DNA of 64,000 bases from Sedimentisphaerales bacterium (GTDB lineage Bacteria > Planctomycetota > Phycisphaerae > Sedimentisphaerales > Anaerobacaceae), in assembly GCA_016931715.1 (NCBI GenBank), contig JAFGEF010000107.1, positions 21,932 through 85,931 on the forward strand, written 5' to 3'. This document shows positions 18,698 to 29,009 of this stretch, in pieces. Under the pieces are notes generated by a model that was given only the letters and a program-made list of their open reading frames with translations, was not told where the DNA came from and ran no database searches. Every line of letters starts with the position of its first letter. The stretch's first letter is position 1. The position numbers were made by a program, and so were the translations under genes.

Positions 18698-20461
18698 TTA
18701 TAAAATCCTCCAGCGTATATGGTTTGCCGAAAGCTGATATGCACCGTAAGTCACCAGCAAATATATGACAGTATATATAATAAACGAAAAATGAGATGCT
18801 GCTATTATTTTAATTATGTACAAAGGAGTATTCGGGGAAATATTAAATGAATCAAACATTTCAATAAAACCGCCCCAAACACCAAAAATAGAAGCTGCAG
18901 CAAACAGAGGGCTTACGAAATATAAAAATGGAATACAGCAAACAGGAATTATACACGTTAAAAAAGTTATTATATTCAAGATGGAGGATGTTGTACTGCG
19001 TTTGCACATGGAACTGAACATAACACCGATAGAAGATACAAGCAATGCGCTGCTTATCGCTATAAGCACTAAAGGTATAAAAACAGGAGCTTTTATAATA
19101 CCGGCCAGAATAAACACAACCAGGTGAGCCGCAAGAAGAAGCCAGTATCCCCATGCACGCAGACATGAGCCGATTATTTTACACAAGGCTATTTCTTTTT
19201 CTGCTAAGGGACTTGTAAGCAAAATGGGCCATGACCTTGCCTCTTTTTCGTTCGTTATGCTCATTGAAGCAAATGTAGAAGTACGAATCAGGGCGATAAA
19301 GAAATATACGAGCACAAAGACTATATGGGTTACAATCCTGCCCAAAACTTCATAATAGATGCACAAGCCATAGGCAGTAACTAAAAATGCCAGCGATAAC
19401 AAAATACCTAATGCACTTGTAATACGATTCGGCTTAATCATCGGATTCGCTATTTCCCTCCAAATCACCGGGTGCCATTTGATATCTCTTATTTTTCCCG
19501 ACACAGGCGAGGAACTGTAACTTTGCCGGAGTTTTTTATCCGCTATTTTTCGCTCCTTCCTCGTTAAAAACAAGCCTGCCTGTCCCGTAATCTGTCTCAA
19601 GCCTGCCTTGCGAACACAGGATACAGACCAAATAAAAACAATGACAGACAAACCAAGCATAACAGCGCAATGCAATAACCATGTTTCGCCGGGAATAGAC
19701 GCTGAAGGCAATTGCATGGCAGTTGTTATGGTACGCATAAGCATAAATGGATTAATAAAAAACAGCCCAAGTTTGGGAATAAGCAAATGAAGATTATCCT
19801 TGCAGAATTCTCTCATAATAACAAAAGCAATCAGGGGCCCGGCATAAATAAAGAAACAGACCAAAAGAGTCCTGCTGATGACAAGATGCGACTGGCGATT
19901 GTAAATGGAAAATATAAGGCTTATAGTGCCTGCAAAAATCGATGCTGTTAAAGTTATGCAAAGGCTTGAAATAACAAAATACCAGGGAATCCCGCCAAAT
20001 ACTCGTATGATAGCTAAAAGAGGCAAACTAATCGCAATAAGCAGCAGCAGTTGAAGCAGTTTGCTCAGAAGTTTTCCAAAGACAATCTGGAAACTGCTTA
20101 TCGGAGTCGTCATTAAAACGCCTAATGTCTTGCTGTATATTTCATCGCTTATCGCCGTGCTTAACATAACAACGGCAAGAAACTGAACTATGATAAACTG
20201 AAACCAGACGATTGCAGTCGTAATACTGATTCCAACCTGTGCCAACTGAGACACCTGCATGACGGACGGGTATTGACCTCTGTAGCCAAAGACTCTCGTA
20301 AATGCAGAAGCAACAAAGAAAGCCAAAAAAAACGGATATGCGAAGCGGACAAAATAATTCCTCCTCCTCCGACTGGATACTATCAGCTCTTTTGCGAATA
20401 TCGGCCCGAAAAGCCGGACAGGATTTATATATTCCAGAATATCGATTAAAGTACTGTTCAT
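18698..20461 (-). CDS. ABC-2-type double permease, paralogue P4 (most divergent N- and C-termini)
   Basis: Motifs are FGPIFAKELIVSSRRRRNY, AISDEIYSKTLGVLMTTPISSFQIVFGKLLSKLLQ and ITNEKEARSWPILLTSPLAEKEIALCKI. The start is moved to ATG 20461 (MNSTLIDIL). Confidence 0.7.
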   Translation of the reverse strand: MNSTLIDILEYINPVRLFGPIFAKELIVSSRRRRNYFVRFAYPFFLAFFVASAFTRVFGYRGQYPSVMQVSQLAQVGISITTAIVWFQFIIVQFLAVVMLSTAISDEIYSKTLGVLMTTPISSFQIVFGKLLSKLLQLLLLIAISLPLLAIIRVFGGIPWYFVISSLCITLTASIFAGTISLIFSIYNRQSHLVISRTLLVCFFIYAGPLIAFVIMREFCKDNLHLLIPKLGLFFINPFMLMRTITTAMQLPSASIPGETWLLHCAVMLGLSVIVFIWSVSCVRKAGLRQITGQAGLFLTRKERKIADKKLRQSYSSSPVSGKIRDIKWHPVIWREIANPMIKPNRITSALGILLSLAFLVTAYGLCIYYEVLGRIVTHIVFVLVYFFIALIRTSTFASMSITNEKEARSWPILLTSPLAEKEIALCKIIGSCLRAWGYWLLLAAHLVVFILAGIIKAPVFIPLVLIAISSALLVSSIGVMFSSMCKRSTTSSILNIITFLTCIIPVCCIPFLYFVSPLFAAASIFGVWGGFIEMFDSFNISPNTPLYIIKIIAASHFSFIIYTVIYLLVTYGAYQLSANHIRWRIL

Positions 20462-20469
20462 AAATAATA

Positions 20470-22254
20470 TTAAAAAATGTGCCTTCGAAACTGACATTTG
20501 GCACGCCACGCAAAAAAAGCCCCTGAAAGTAAATAAGCAAATACAATATTTGTCATTAAAATAAAAGAACTCAAATAATCACGAGTTTGATCAGGCCATG
20601 TTATATATTGACGCACAGTATATAAATCAGTTGTCATTATTGTTTGTGTTAAAATAAACGGATTTATAATCATATAACTTCTATTGAACGGCCCGAATTG
20701 AAAATATTGTGCATAAAAGCGGGGAATATTAGAATCAATAACTACCGGAAATACTAACCATATTACCGACAAGAGAATAATTATCGCAATAATAGCATTG
20801 CTCGTATTTTTAAATCGAGAGCTGAAATAAAGACTCGCACCATAAAGAAAAGCTACAATTCCAATCATCATTATTGTCAGAAGGAAAAGTGATAAAGGAC
20901 CACGGCCTGATATGTTTGTGAATGCACAAAAATAAATAAAGAGCATTATCCAAATCGGCAGGATTCTCCTTAATATACCCACAAACTTGCCGGACATTAT
21001 CTGCCAATCGGACAGCGGCGTCATCAGTAAAGAACACCATGTTTGAGCTTCCTTCTCGGAAGTAATACATCTGACAGAAAAAAATACAGTGGAAAAGACT
21101 CCAAATCCCATAAATACATATAGATATAAGGTCAGTGCTTCGTCATATCCGTATTCACTGGCAATGTATGGGAATAAATACATAGCTATAATCATTATAA
21201 GCTCGATACTGATTATAATCGCAACGAACATTTTCTCCCTGCTTGAGAATTTCATTCTCATCTCTTTCCATGCAACCGCTGGACCCCACACATGCCGTAT
21301 TTGCTCATCTGGTTTTATCTTTTTAGTCGCAAATAATTTGTCGCAGAAAATATCTATCCGTCGAATCATTCTTTTCCAAAAACTCTTTTGTCCAAAAGCG
21401 TTTGCAAGCGCAATCTTTCTCAACAGATGGGATGATCTCAATAATAAAATCAATGATATTAAAAGTAAAAGAGAACTATAAATTATCAATTCATTATTAA
21501 AAATATTCTGTCCGGGAGAACGTATATAATTTATAATCTTTTCAAATATAAAAAAAGGAGAAAAAGATGGACTCCTATAACCATACCTGTTGAAGGAAAT
21601 GCCTCTTGAAAATCTAACGAAATCCAGATTTCTTAATCCATAAAGAAAACCAAGAATAGACATAGTCAAAATAATTACAAAATAAGCTTGTCGAAATACA
21701 ACAGAAAAAAACAGGCTAAGCGAGCCGGCGAAAATCACCGCAACCAGCGTTACACAAAGACTCGTCAAAATATAGCTCCATGAAACACCGCCAAAGATTC
21801 GGACTATAGCCAAAAGCGGCAGGCTTATTGCTATAAGAAGTATTATCTGGAACAACTTACTTACAAGCTTACCCATCACAATTTGAAAGCTTGTCACAGG
21901 TGTAGTTAGAAGAACTCCCAACGTTCTGTGGTAAATTTCATTGCTGACGGAATTACAAAATAATATCACTGCTATTACTTGAGTCGCGATAAACTGAAAC
22001 TGGACTATCGTTACAGTTATCATTCTTCCCATTTCCGCCAGACGAGATCTCTGAAATGTCATATTTCTGCTGTTTTCAATGATATTCACCCATGTTATTG
22101 CGACAAAAAACAGCAATGTCAAAACATATATCGCCCGAAGCAGATAATTCCTCCTGTGCCTGCTGGATACGCGCAGCTCTTTATCCAGGAAAGGTCCGGT
22201 CAGCCATTCCATGTTTAGAAAATCTTTGATAGCATTACTTATAACTGCAATCAT
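20470..22254 (-). CDS. ABC-2-type double permease, paralogue P3
   Basis: Motifs are TGPFLDKELRVSSRHRRNY, SVSNEIYHRTLGVLLTTPVTSFQIVMGKLVSKLFQ and ITSEKEAQTWCSLLMTPLSDWQIMSGKF. Confidence 0.7.
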   Translation of the reverse strand: MIAVISNAIKDFLNMEWLTGPFLDKELRVSSRHRRNYLLRAIYVLTLLFFVAITWVNIIENSRNMTFQRSRLAEMGRMITVTIVQFQFIATQVIAVILFCNSVSNEIYHRTLGVLLTTPVTSFQIVMGKLVSKLFQIILLIAISLPLLAIVRIFGGVSWSYILTSLCVTLVAVIFAGSLSLFFSVVFRQAYFVIILTMSILGFLYGLRNLDFVRFSRGISFNRYGYRSPSFSPFFIFEKIINYIRSPGQNIFNNELIIYSSLLLLISLILLLRSSHLLRKIALANAFGQKSFWKRMIRRIDIFCDKLFATKKIKPDEQIRHVWGPAVAWKEMRMKFSSREKMFVAIIISIELIMIIAMYLFPYIASEYGYDEALTLYLYVFMGFGVFSTVFFSVRCITSEKEAQTWCSLLMTPLSDWQIMSGKFVGILRRILPIWIMLFIYFCAFTNISGRGPLSLFLLTIMMIGIVAFLYGASLYFSSRFKNTSNAIIAIIILLSVIWLVFPVVIDSNIPRFYAQYFQFGPFNRSYMIINPFILTQTIMTTDLYTVRQYITWPDQTRDYLSSFILMTNIVFAYLLSGAFFAWRAKCQFRRHIF

Positions 22255-22267
22255 TTTGAAAGTTTAT

Positions 22268-24112
22268 TTAAATAATATTTTTCCTGATTCTTCTTTTAGC
22301 CAGCCATGCAAAAAACAAGCCAAATAAGCTGTAAGCCGTCATAATATACAGAAGCAGTTTAGTTGTAGAATACACATTACCGACATTTCTAAAATAATAT
22401 GAAAGATAAGGCCAGTCATATTTCAGGCCGGTAAGGCTCGAATTTGCATTATAAGCGCCGCCGGCGGCATCCATAACAACTCCAATCTGGACGATTGGAT
22501 TGATACAATAATATATTCCGGATAATTCTCTGTATAACTCTCTGTTGCGGATGATCTCTGTCACTATCCTCAGGCTGACCGGAACAAACACCCATATCAC
22601 AAGCGCAAACGCAAAACATATTATAATCGCCCATGTAGTTCGCTTGAAACACGAGCTTGCATACAAGCCGAAACCGGTAAGAAAAATCATCAAGCCGGAA
22701 ACAACTATTAATAACTGTAAAAAAGCTATCGGATTAATATATCCGACAATGGTAAATAAAAAGATATGCCCCGCCAACAAAAGCCATACGGGAAGACACT
22801 TATAAAACACGCCCAGCGCTTTTCCCTGCACAATCTGCCAGTCATCGAGCGAAGTTGTCAGCAGGATAGGCCAGGCCATAGATTCCTTTTCAGAAGTAAT
22901 GCACGATACAGACAGAACAAGATTAAAAATTATGCCGATTATTACAAACATAACAGCATATAGAAAGTGCACGTATCCTTCAGCGAGGCAATTGCTCGTA
23001 TAGCATACATAATAAGTCAACAGCAAAGTTACAACAGTAGCCGCAAGACCGACTTTATTATTTGTTCTGTCTATGCCCTGAATTAGGGGCTTTCTTATTT
23101 CTTTCCACATGACCGGCTGCCCTGTTACTTCTCTTACCGAACCTTCGTATTCTTTCAGTGAATCTCTTTTCGTATTTGAAAAGGACAACCTTAGTCTCGA
23201 GAACAGGTCAAGCTCTCCCAAAATCTGACGAAGAGCCACCCTGCGAACAACTTTAACGGAAAAGGCAAGTACCAGGGCGGAAGCAATCAGCATTATGATG
23301 CAATTAATAGGCCAGAAAAAAAATGGTATAGTCGCCGCCGGCGACATCATGATAACAGTATTAAGCGACATTGTTCCCAAAGGATTGAGATGAAGAAACG
23401 CAATCAATAAAGGAAACATTGAAATCCGTCTGCTGTAATTTAACACATAGAGCCATTGCTCCCCGAAAACTGCCGCCAGTATTAAAGGCAGAACTATATA
23501 AACAACACCGATAGTAAATACTGCCTTGATAATAACAACGTAAGTATGAATATTTTTTATTGAAAAAGCCAGGCTGATCGAACCTGCGAATATCGATGCA
23601 CTTAGTGTTATGAAAAAGCTGGAAATAATATAGCCCCACGGCACGCCGCCGAAAACACGAACTATAGCGAGTATCGGAAGGCTTATCGCCAGCAAAATAA
23701 TAATTTGCAGCAATTTGCTGAATAATTTTCCAATTACAATCTGAAGGCTGTTTATGGGAGTAGTCATCAGCACACCTAAAGTGCGATGATATATTTCGTC
23801 ACTGATGGAATTGCTTAAAAGAATAACAGCTAATATCTGCGCCGCGAAAAACTGAAAAACGACTATGGTAAGAACGATGCTCTTTCCTATCTCCGCCAGT
23901 CTGGATTTCTGATACGCCAGTGTTCCATGCAATTGTCCATAGCTGAGCCATGTTCCGACAACAAAGGAAGTCAGAAGAATTACATATGCAAAGCGCAGGT
24001 AATAATTGCGTCTTCGCCTGCTTGAAACGCGAAGCTCCTTATCGAACAAAGGCCCGGTCAGCCAGAAAAATCTTAAAAATTTTATACAAGGATTTATGGT
24101 TAAGCTCGCCAT
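22268..24112 (-). CDS. ABC-2-type double permease, paralogue P2
   Basis: Motifs are TGPLFDKELRVSSRRRRNY, SISDEIYHRTLGVLMTTPINSLQIVIGKLFSKLLQ and ITSEKESMAWPILLTTSLDDWQIVQGKA. Confidence 0.7.
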   Translation of the reverse strand: MASLTINPCIKFLRFFWLTGPLFDKELRVSSRRRRNYYLRFAYVILLTSFVVGTWLSYGQLHGTLAYQKSRLAEIGKSIVLTIVVFQFFAAQILAVILLSNSISDEIYHRTLGVLMTTPINSLQIVIGKLFSKLLQIIILLAISLPILAIVRVFGGVPWGYIISSFFITLSASIFAGSISLAFSIKNIHTYVVIIKAVFTIGVVYIVLPLILAAVFGEQWLYVLNYSRRISMFPLLIAFLHLNPLGTMSLNTVIMMSPAATIPFFFWPINCIIMLIASALVLAFSVKVVRRVALRQILGELDLFSRLRLSFSNTKRDSLKEYEGSVREVTGQPVMWKEIRKPLIQGIDRTNNKVGLAATVVTLLLTYYVCYTSNCLAEGYVHFLYAVMFVIIGIIFNLVLSVSCITSEKESMAWPILLTTSLDDWQIVQGKALGVFYKCLPVWLLLAGHIFLFTIVGYINPIAFLQLLIVVSGLMIFLTGFGLYASSCFKRTTWAIIICFAFALVIWVFVPVSLRIVTEIIRNRELYRELSGIYYCINPIVQIGVVMDAAGGAYNANSSLTGLKYDWPYLSYYFRNVGNVYSTTKLLLYIMTAYSLFGLFFAWLAKRRIRKNII

Positions 24113-24124
24113 ATTATTAATAAC

Positions 24125-25855
24125 TTAAAAGATATTACACCTTAATTTTTGTATTGATAGCTTCAATAAATACAAACCTGCTGCTGTATAAACAGCAGTC
24201 ATTACAAATATCGAAGCAATATTATAATAAGCAACAGAAAAAGGAGTCATAAGACGAACAAAAATTAACACAAATAAATAATTCAAGATAAATTCCACTA
24301 AAAAAATACCTATTGTAGCAATGACAGCCGCCATGGAGTTTTTCATACGTACACCGAAATATGCACCGCAACCAACAATAAATAATACCCTGCTAATAAT
24401 ACTTGCTGCTGAAATCGGAATCTGATAAATAATTTGAGAGAATCTAATAATTCCTTGTGAACTATAGGAAAAATATATAAAAAAACGCAGAACAAAATAT
24501 AATGCGAGCAAACTGATATTTCTCATAAGAGCAGCTTTAACTTTACTGAGAATAATATCCTTATCTTCGAGAGGAGTCACCAGTAATATCGGTAAAGTCC
24601 TCGCCTCTTTCTCGCCAGCAATACTTCCTGCTATAGAAATAGCAAGACGGAGCATAAGTATAAGATACAGACCGGAAATCGTGAAACTAAGCATTACTAT
24701 TGATAGACGATTTCGTAAAACAAGCAATAACATAATTCCAAATATGCAAAGCAGGTAAATTGTTATCGTTACTATCTTGTCAATTTTCCCCTTTCCGAAG
24801 AAATATCCATAATTTTCTTTCCAGACAATTGGATTTCCGATAACTCGTATGATACGTTCTGAATATTCATTACCGCAATATCTTTCTTTCCATATAATAG
24901 GTATGCCGTACACTTTTCTAATATAGTCCGAATATTCGTAATAGTGTTTTCTCTCTGAATCTTCTACATCTTTTATCAGAACTTTTGACTCGATATTTTT
25001 ACGCCTGACAATCATATCTCTAAAAGCGGCAGAACGTACTTTCCAAATCGAAAAAACCAATAAAACAGCAGAAGCGCTCAACATAATCATACAGTGTATT
25101 AAAATGTTTATCGAATTGGCTGGTTTCTGTTCAGCAGCCGCAACCATAGCTAAAAATGGATTTACATTAACAAAAATTGCGAGAACTTCACTGTTGCTGA
25201 ACGAAAGCTGGGTACATAAAAAAGGTAAAAGACCAAAGATAAAAAAATACCCGACAAAAATTAGTATAATAACACGATACGGGTAACGATTGAAAATAGA
25301 AAGAAACAGGCTCAAAGAACCAGCAAAAATTACAGAGGTTAATGTAATAAATAAACCGAATACTACATAATTCCAGGGTATGCCTCCGAAGACACGCATA
25401 ATTGCCAGCAAAGGCAAACTCATCGCCAACAGTAATAACACCTGTAAAAGTTTGCTTAACAGTTTTCCCGTAACTATTTTGAAACTGCTGACTGGCGTCG
25501 TCATAAGCACATTTAATGTCCCCGTGCGGATTTCATCGCTTATCGAAGAGCTGAGCATAACAATCGCGAGAATCTGAGAGGCAATAAATTGAAACCAGAC
25601 AATAGCAATTATTGCATTCTTTCCTATTTGCGATGACCTTGATGCCTGGAATATAGCAGAACTCTTACTCCCGGCGCCAATCACTGAGAGCCACATAAAT
25701 AAAATAAAAACGGCTAATAAAATAATATAAGCTGAACGAAGCAGGTAATTTCTTTTTCTCCGGCTCGAAACGCGAAGCTCCTTATCGAAAATCGGTCCGA
25801 AAATCCGGGCCGGATTGAAGAAGTCCAAAAAAAGATTTATTGATTCCGCTTTCAT
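24125..25855 (-). CDS. ABC-2-type double permease, paralogue P1 (first after the ATPase)
   Basis: Motifs are FGPIFDKELRVSSRRKRNY, SISDEIRTGTLNVLMTTPVSSFKIVTGKLLSKLLQ and IAGEKEARTLPILLVTPLEDKDIILSKV. Confidence 0.7.
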   Translation of the reverse strand: MKAESINLFLDFFNPARIFGPIFDKELRVSSRRKRNYLLRSAYIILLAVFILFMWLSVIGAGSKSSAIFQASRSSQIGKNAIIAIVWFQFIASQILAIVMLSSSISDEIRTGTLNVLMTTPVSSFKIVTGKLLSKLLQVLLLLAMSLPLLAIMRVFGGIPWNYVVFGLFITLTSVIFAGSLSLFLSIFNRYPYRVIILIFVGYFFIFGLLPFLCTQLSFSNSEVLAIFVNVNPFLAMVAAAEQKPANSINILIHCMIMLSASAVLLVFSIWKVRSAAFRDMIVRRKNIESKVLIKDVEDSERKHYYEYSDYIRKVYGIPIIWKERYCGNEYSERIIRVIGNPIVWKENYGYFFGKGKIDKIVTITIYLLCIFGIMLLLVLRNRLSIVMLSFTISGLYLILMLRLAISIAGSIAGEKEARTLPILLVTPLEDKDIILSKVKAALMRNISLLALYFVLRFFIYFSYSSQGIIRFSQIIYQIPISAASIISRVLFIVGCGAYFGVRMKNSMAAVIATIGIFLVEFILNYLFVLIFVRLMTPFSVAYYNIASIFVMTAVYTAAGLYLLKLSIQKLRCNIF

Positions 25856-25916
25856 TGATAACTATCATGTATAGTGACATGAATATTATCTCTCTTCCTG
25901 TCACTATTCCTATTTG

Positions 25917-26843
25917 CTAATGTACTATTCCTTTTGTCAACTGGAGGAACGCATCATCAAGTTTGAGCTGTTCGGGCTGTATCGCAACAACATCAATATT
26001 GGCGTTAACCAGTGTGCGGGCGATAATACCATCCATATTTTCACCTTCACGGAATGTCACGGATATATAATTTTTACATAGCTGCACCTGGCTTATCTGC
26101 GGCAGAGCTGCCAATATTTCTATCGCCTTTTCCTGGTTATCAAGCACCTGCACACGAACCTTTGTATGAATTCCCAGTCTTGGGCGAATCTCCTCTATCG
26201 TTCCGCTATAGACCAACTGGCCATGCTCGATGATTCCCACGTGGTCGCATATTTCTTCAAGCTCGCTGAGAATATGACTGGAAATCATAATGGTCTTTCC
26301 CATTCTCTTGAGTTCCTTGAGCAATTCCCTGATTTCAATTCTTGCTCTCGGGTCGAGCCCGCTGGCAGGCTCGTCAAGAATAAGCACCTTCGGATCATGA
26401 ATCAGAACCCGCGCAAGACCGAGACGCTGCTGCATTCCGCGCGAAAGACTGTCAACTGTCGCACTTTTCTTGGATTGCAGGTCTGTCAATTCAAGAACGC
26501 CTTCGACAATCGATTTTCTTTTAGAGCGTTCAATGCCGAAAGCGGCGGCAAAGAACTCAAGGTACTCGAATACTTTCAGGTCATCATAAACACCCATAAA
26601 GTCGGGCATGTAACCGATAATCCTGCGAACCTTTTGGCCGTTTCTCGTAACATCAAGGCCGTCAATTAAAGCATGACCTCGAGTAGGCTCCATCAGCGTT
26701 ACAAGAATGCGCATTGTCGTGGTTTTACCTGCGCCGTTCGGGCCGATAAAGCCGAATATATCACCCTGCTTTATAAATAAATTCAGGTCATCAACCGCGG
26801 TAAGATTACCGAATACTTTCGTTAAATGTTTCGTTTCAATCAT
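25917..26843 (-). CDS. ABC-2 subfamily ATP-binding protein
   Basis: Walker A is GPNGAGKTT, the signature is LSRGMQQRLGLARV and Walker B is LILDEPASGLD. The length of 308 aa includes a C-terminal extension typical of ABC-2 exporter NBDs. It overlaps the upstream stop by 8 nt. Confidence 0.85.
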   Translation of the reverse strand: MIETKHLTKVFGNLTAVDDLNLFIKQGDIFGFIGPNGAGKTTTMRILVTLMEPTRGHALIDGLDVTRNGQKVRRIIGYMPDFMGVYDDLKVFEYLEFFAAAFGIERSKRKSIVEGVLELTDLQSKKSATVDSLSRGMQQRLGLARVLIHDPKVLILDEPASGLDPRARIEIRELLKELKRMGKTIMISSHILSELEEICDHVGIIEHGQLVYSGTIEEIRPRLGIHTKVRVQVLDNQEKAIEILAALPQISQVQLCKNYISVTFREGENMDGIIARTLVNANIDVVAIQPEQLKLDDAFLQLTKGIVH

Positions 26844-28977
26844 TTTCTATTCCCTCTGAATTCGGAAAAACAACAAGACGTGCTAATTGCACATGTTCAT
26901 AACTAAAGGTATGGTCTTTCACTCCAAATGATATCGGAGCTTTGTCATATGTCACACAGACAAGAGACGCTCCTTTGCTGAGATAATTATTAATAGCCTG
27001 TGTTCGCTGTAGAGTTCCCTGTGCAAAAAAAGCTGCTTCGTTTCTGAAATTATTAGCTGCCTGAGAATATTGGCGAATAAGATTATCCCAATATGGCAAT
27101 GGCTGGTTTCGTTGACGGAATTCCTGTGTGCCATGCGCAGGTACACTGCTGAGATAAATACCGTGATTTTTATCCATAAGGACATAACCGCCCATAATCG
27201 CTGCGTCAGATTCATTCTTTATTGTAATGATTACATCATCTCCATTTTGACGCACTTCAGCGCTGAACGGCAGCTTTTCAAGCGGCGATTCGGTAAGCAT
27301 GCACTGTATATCCCAGATATTAACAGGCAGCGATTCAGGCAAATTCCCCCCATCCTCCTGAACGCAGTAGATTCTTCTGCTCCCAATCTCATTGCTGAAA
27401 GCCGAAAGGGTATCCTGTGTAGGGGCAATGCCGGACCACCACTGATTCGGCTGAAGCCCGTCAAGCTCATAACTGTCGCTTCGAGAAGCGAATAAGCCGC
27501 TGTAATGCGTAGCCCATGCGGCATCTTCATCCTGAATGCCGTCCAGCACCGAAACTACCTTCAACTGCATTTTGCCGCCGCGAATGTACTGGACGCCGTA
27601 ATACGCACCGACTGTGAATAAAATAATCCAGAAAGAGCAGGTCAACCACGTCAGCGGCAATCGGTCTATATGCTTGAGAAATTTATAATCGAAAGGGCCA
27701 AGCAGAATAGCAAGGGCGCCCAATAAAAGGATTACAAACCAGACACTCAAAGGTTTTATTTCCGAATACAGAAACTCCATAACTTTGTTGTTCAGAGAAT
27801 ATGCGCTTCCGATTTCATAATATCCGGGATAACCCGATCTTGATCTGACCAGCGGTCTGCTTCCACCCGTGACAGGTACGTTTGTTCCGACCGGGGCCGC
27901 ACTTGAATCCTGAACAAATTCAATTCTGCGCTGTGCGATTATAGTATTTTCGACAGAAACTTCCGCTTTCAGCACAGCCTGAATTATATTTACCCAGAAC
28001 CGGGACTGGTTTGCGCCCTGTAAGGCGCTGAAATCATAAGGGTCAAAACCTAACACTCCAATACGTCCGAAACCTGAATTCCCGACCGCAAATAAACATT
28101 GATTGTCCTGATAAACACCCTCATAAAATTTAGCTCCGGATTTCGGGACAAGAGGTTTGAGTGTAACCGTTTCCGAATCACTGCCCGTCAAATTCCATTT
28201 ATAAAGCTGTTCCCTCGAAATATCAACCTGTTTTGCATCCATAAAATCGAAAGGTATCAAATTAATAACAGGATTATTTCCCATCGGAGGATTACTGCCC
28301 AAAACAAGCAGCAACCTGCCGCCATTGGATACCCATTCTGCAATAGCTTTTAACTGCGATTCCTGTAACTGAATCCAGTCGGGATCGTAAAGAACAAGCA
28401 AATCCAGAGAAACAAATCCTGTCCAGTCCCAGGGCACCATTGCCGCCTGTTTGGTCTCCACCTGCACACTGCCGCTTGCTGCCTTGAAATAACTGACGGA
28501 TTGTTTTCCAAGACTTAACAAGCCGAACTTTCCTGCTCCAACTATTCCAATAAGTATATCATATTCGTTAAGAACAGGGAATTTTCCGGGAGTCAATTTG
28601 CTCTCATACGGCTGGCTCCAGACTGTTTTCCTTCGTTTTCCAATTACCTGATCGAGCTTAAGATTACAGCCCTGACTTGTATAAGCAATCTTTGTTACCA
28701 GCGGCTGATAAATTGTAAGCTCTGGTGTCAAGTCAAATTCCGGCACCATTATATTCAACGTGTTTAATCCATCCTGCTGAGAAGAAAGAGTTAACTCACC
28801 ATTAAATGCGTTTTTTAACGAATTATATACTGTAATTTCAACAGGAGTCCATTCCATAGGTCGATAATAGCCCCCCCAGCCATAATACAAATCTATATTA
28901 AACGGTGATTCATCTTCCGCCAAAACCGCACTGGTAAAGGCAAGGCAAATAATTATACACACCAAAATCTTATACAT
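26836..28977 (-). CDS. hypothetical exported/membrane protein (signal peptide plus central TM cluster)
   Basis: The N-terminus MYKILVCIIICLAFTSAVLA resembles a signal peptide. The block WVSNGGRLLLVLG resembles GATase1-like/DUF4350-type folds. The central hydrophobic segments are VWFVILLLGALAILLG and WLTCSFWIILFTVGAYYGV. No family is assigned. Confidence 0.55.
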   Translation of the reverse strand: MYKILVCIIICLAFTSAVLAEDESPFNIDLYYGWGGYYRPMEWTPVEITVYNSLKNAFNGELTLSSQQDGLNTLNIMVPEFDLTPELTIYQPLVTKIAYTSQGCNLKLDQVIGKRRKTVWSQPYESKLTPGKFPVLNEYDILIGIVGAGKFGLLSLGKQSVSYFKAASGSVQVETKQAAMVPWDWTGFVSLDLLVLYDPDWIQLQESQLKAIAEWVSNGGRLLLVLGSNPPMGNNPVINLIPFDFMDAKQVDISREQLYKWNLTGSDSETVTLKPLVPKSGAKFYEGVYQDNQCLFAVGNSGFGRIGVLGFDPYDFSALQGANQSRFWVNIIQAVLKAEVSVENTIIAQRRIEFVQDSSAAPVGTNVPVTGGSRPLVRSRSGYPGYYEIGSAYSLNNKVMEFLYSEIKPLSVWFVILLLGALAILLGPFDYKFLKHIDRLPLTWLTCSFWIILFTVGAYYGVQYIRGGKMQLKVVSVLDGIQDEDAAWATHYSGLFASRSDSYELDGLQPNQWWSGIAPTQDTLSAFSNEIGSRRIYCVQEDGGNLPESLPVNIWDIQCMLTESPLEKLPFSAEVRQNGDDVIITIKNESDAAIMGGYVLMDKNHGIYLSSVPAHGTQEFRQRNQPLPYWDNLIRQYSQAANNFRNEAAFFAQGTLQRTQAINNYLSKGASLVCVTYDKAPISFGVKDHTFSYEHVQLARLVVFPNSEGIEND

Positions 28978-29009
28978 ATGTAAACCTCGCTTAATTTTAA
29001 CTTTTTCTG

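Noticed and set aside
18698-18744. Apparent 40-47-nt overlaps between consecutive permease paralogues (also at 20470-20509), which might suggest frameshifted or fused genes.
   Set aside because: Alignment of the six N-termini places the real starts at the internal ATGs 18693 and 20461, 15-25 residues before the conserved GP.F.KEL motif. This leaves 4- and 8-nt spacers. The track's upstream extensions are not conserved.
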